From: Thermoanaerobaculia bacterium
GTDB lineage: Bacteria; Acidobacteriota; Thermoanaerobaculia; UBA5066
NCBI GenBank assembly: GCA_963816185.1
Contig: CAWFJJ010000028.1
Span: 32,001 to 96,000 of the forward strand
DNA length: 64,000 nt
Reading direction: 5' to 3'
The translations under genes and the position numbers were made by a program. The notes below the pieces were generated by a model. It was not told the DNA's origin and ran no database searches. It worked only from the letters and a program-made list of their open reading frames with translations. The first letter of the stretch is position 1. Each line of letters starts with the position of its first letter. Below are positions 62,105-64,000 of the stretch, in pieces.

Positions 62105-62926
62105 GCGGGTCGCGACGGGCTTCCCGAGTCGGCTCTCGCGGCGTCGGACGAGGAACGCGCTCCCGTCGGTGCAGACCCCGAAAAGCGCCGGCGCATTCTC
62201 GAGGCCGCCGTGCGGACGTTCGGCCGGCGCGGGTTCCACGAGGCCCGTATCGCCGAGATCGCGGCCGCGGCAAAGGTGGCCGAGGGCACCGTCTACCTCT
62301 ATTTCCGCAACAAGGAAGATCTCCTGGGCGTCGTGTTCGACGAGTCGATGGACGGGGTTCTCGAGAAGGGCCGCGCGCTGGCTCGGTCGAAGGCGCCCGC
62401 CGGCGAGCGGCTCACGGCGCTCGTGGACCTCCATCTCCAGTTCATCGGCTCGGACCGCGACCTTGCGTCGGTCTTCCAGATCGAGCTCAGGCGTAGCGCC
62501 CGGCTCGTCGAGCGCTTTTCGCGGAGCAAGCTCGTCGAGTATTTCCGCCTCCTCGGCAGCGTCCTGCGTGACGGCATCGCGCGCGGGGAGTTCCGCCGCG
62601 GCCTCGACCCCCGTCTCGCCGTGCGCATTCTCTTCGGCGCCGCCGACGAGATCCTCTCGGAGTGGCTGCTGTCGGGAGACAAGAAGCCGATCGCGGACGC
62701 ACGTCAACTGGTCGGGACGCTTCTCGACGGGTTCGCTGGAGAGGGACAAAGGGAATCTGCTTCGAAAGGGAAGACGGCGGCGGGCGGGCCCCGTACGCGC
62801 CGAGGAACGCAGCAGTTTTCCGCCGCGCGCCTCCGGAATTCACCCTTCGAAGTACGCGCCGAAGGCGCGAACAACGGTACGAAGCACGGCAAGGTGGCCT
62901 CAATGCGCAGGAGTAAACCCCAGTGA
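62093..62926 (+). CDS. TetR-family regulator, FadR/YsiA-like, with low-complexity C-terminal tail
   Basis: IAAAAKVAEGTVYLYFRNKEDL; QIELR; upstream of a thiolase. Confidence 0.9.
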   Translation: MAHSAGRDGLPESALAASDEERAPVGADPEKRRRILEAAVRTFGRRGFHEARIAEIAAAAKVAEGTVYLYFRNKEDLLGVVFDESMDGVLEKGRALARSKAPAGERLTALVDLHLQFIGSDRDLASVFQIELRRSARLVERFSRSKLVEYFRLLGSVLRDGIARGEFRRGLDPRLAVRILFGAADEILSEWLLSGDKKPIADARQLVGTLLDGFAGEGQRESASKGKTAAGGPRTRRGTQQFSAARLRNSPFEVRAEGANNGTKHGKVASMRRSKPQ

Positions 62927-64000
62927 GCAAATCCGCATTCGTCGTTCATGGAGCCCGGACGCCTTTCGCGCGCGCCGGCACGGACTTCACCGGCGTCTCC
63001 GCCGTCGACCTCGGCCGCACGGCCGCCGTCGAGGCGATGGCCCGCGCGGGTATCGAGCCCGCCGCGATCGATCAGGCCATCTTCGGAAATATCGCGACGC
63101 CCAGCGACGCGGCGAACATCGCGCGGATCATCGCGCTCCGCGCCGGCGTCCCGAAGGAAAGGCCAGCGCACTCGGTCTCGCGCAACTGCGCCTCCGGGAT
63201 CGAATCGGTCGTGGAGGCCGCGCGCCTCATCGCGACGGGCGAAGCGGACGTCGTTCTCGCGGGCGGCGTCGAGAACATGACGCAGATCCCGTTTCTCTAC
63301 CGCGACGGCGTCAAGGAGGTCTTCGCGAAGGCCGGAATGTCCAAGACCGCCGGCCAGAGGGTGTCGGCGTTCTCGAAGATGCCGTGGAAGGACCTCTTCA
63401 ACCCGGTCATCGGCCTCAAGCAGGGGCTGAAGGACCCCGTGTGCGACCTCGGCATGGGGGACACCGCCGAGATCCTCGCGAAAGAAGGCCGCCTCACGCG
63501 CGAGGCGCAGGACGCCTTCGCGCTGCGCTCGCACCACCGCGCCACGGCGGGCCGCGCGAGGCTGGCCGAGGAGATCGTCCCCGTGCCCGTCCCGCCGGAC
63601 TACGACCGCGTTCTCACGCTCGACAACGGCGTCCGCGAGAACCAGACGATGGAAGCTCTCGCGAAGCTCCGTCCTTTCTTCGACCGGAAATTCGGGAGCG
63701 TCACGGCGGGGAACTCCTCCCAGATCACGGACGGCGGCGCGGCCGTCGTGGTCGCCTCCGAGGAGTACGTGACGAAGCATTCCTTGAAGCCCCTCGGCCG
63801 TATCTCCGGCTGGGGCTTCGCGGGCCTCGAGCCTGAGCGCATGGGCCTCGGGCCCTCGCGCTCGACACCGATCGCTCTGAAGAAGGCCGGCCTCTCGATG
63901 AAGGACGTGGGCCTCGTCGAGATCAACGAGGCGTTCGCGGCCCAGGTCCTCGCGAATCTCGACGCGTTCGCGAAGTCTCCCGAGCTCGGAGAGATCGCGG
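62923..64000 (+). CDS. acetyl-CoA C-acyltransferase (thiolase), runs off the window
   Basis: GTG 62923: GARTPF, SRNCASG (catalytic Cys), GGVENM, VTAGNSSQITDG, MGLGP, EINEAFAAQ. Confidence 0.93.
   Translation, partial: MSKSAFVVHGARTPFARAGTDFTGVSAVDLGRTAAVEAMARAGIEPAAIDQAIFGNIATPSDAANIARIIALRAGVPKERPAHSVSRNCASGIESVVEAARLIATGEADVVLAGGVENMTQIPFLYRDGVKEVFAKAGMSKTAGQRVSAFSKMPWKDLFNPVIGLKQGLKDPVCDLGMGDTAEILAKEGRLTREAQDAFALRSHHRATAGRARLAEEIVPVPVPPDYDRVLTLDNGVRENQTMEALAKLRPFFDRKFGSVTAGNSSQITDGGAAVVVASEEYVTKHSLKPLGRISGWGFAGLEPERMGLGPSRSTPIALKKAGLSMKDVGLVEINEAFAAQVLANLDAFAKSPELGEIA

Overview
High-GC (about 68-70%, estimated by eye) bacterial chromosomal segment. Gene content resembles Acidobacteriota (Thermoanaerobaculia-like); this is an inference, not a database assignment. 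In order, it carries: a lysine/DAP operon (asd-lysC-dapB-dapA-dapD-lysA); a hybrid histidine kinase; an isobutyryl-CoA-mutase-type B12 mutase large subunit; the conserved TPR-(lolB-position lipoprotein)-ispE-tRNA-Gln-prs-rplY-pth-rpsF-rpsR-DUF2232-rplI cluster; a Ser/Thr kinase, PBP1A and uvrB; an accessory block at about 27-38 kb ending at tRNA-Arg(CCT); an ECF/anti-sigma/Spy-like module; a BMP-type ABC transporter; fatty-acid and fermentation genes (acyl-CoA ligase, arcC, xfp, ackA, acyl-CoA dehydrogenase); an RND pump; and a FadR-like TetR followed by a thiolase. Single-base frameshifts in essential genes suggest an unpolished assembly. Two candidate novel systems stand out. (1) An AT-rich DNA motif, TTCTT(A/C)GAAGGTGAAGAG, recurs as convergent inverted pairs about 75-175 bp apart, often with outer purine/pyrimidine tracts. 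It is written mostly inside unrelated protein-coding genes, in different frames and on both strands. (2) A NarL regulator, a small low-complexity protein with a repeated GLSH motif and an Hsp20 converge on a TPR-fused Lon-type (S16) protease that lacks an AAA+ domain.
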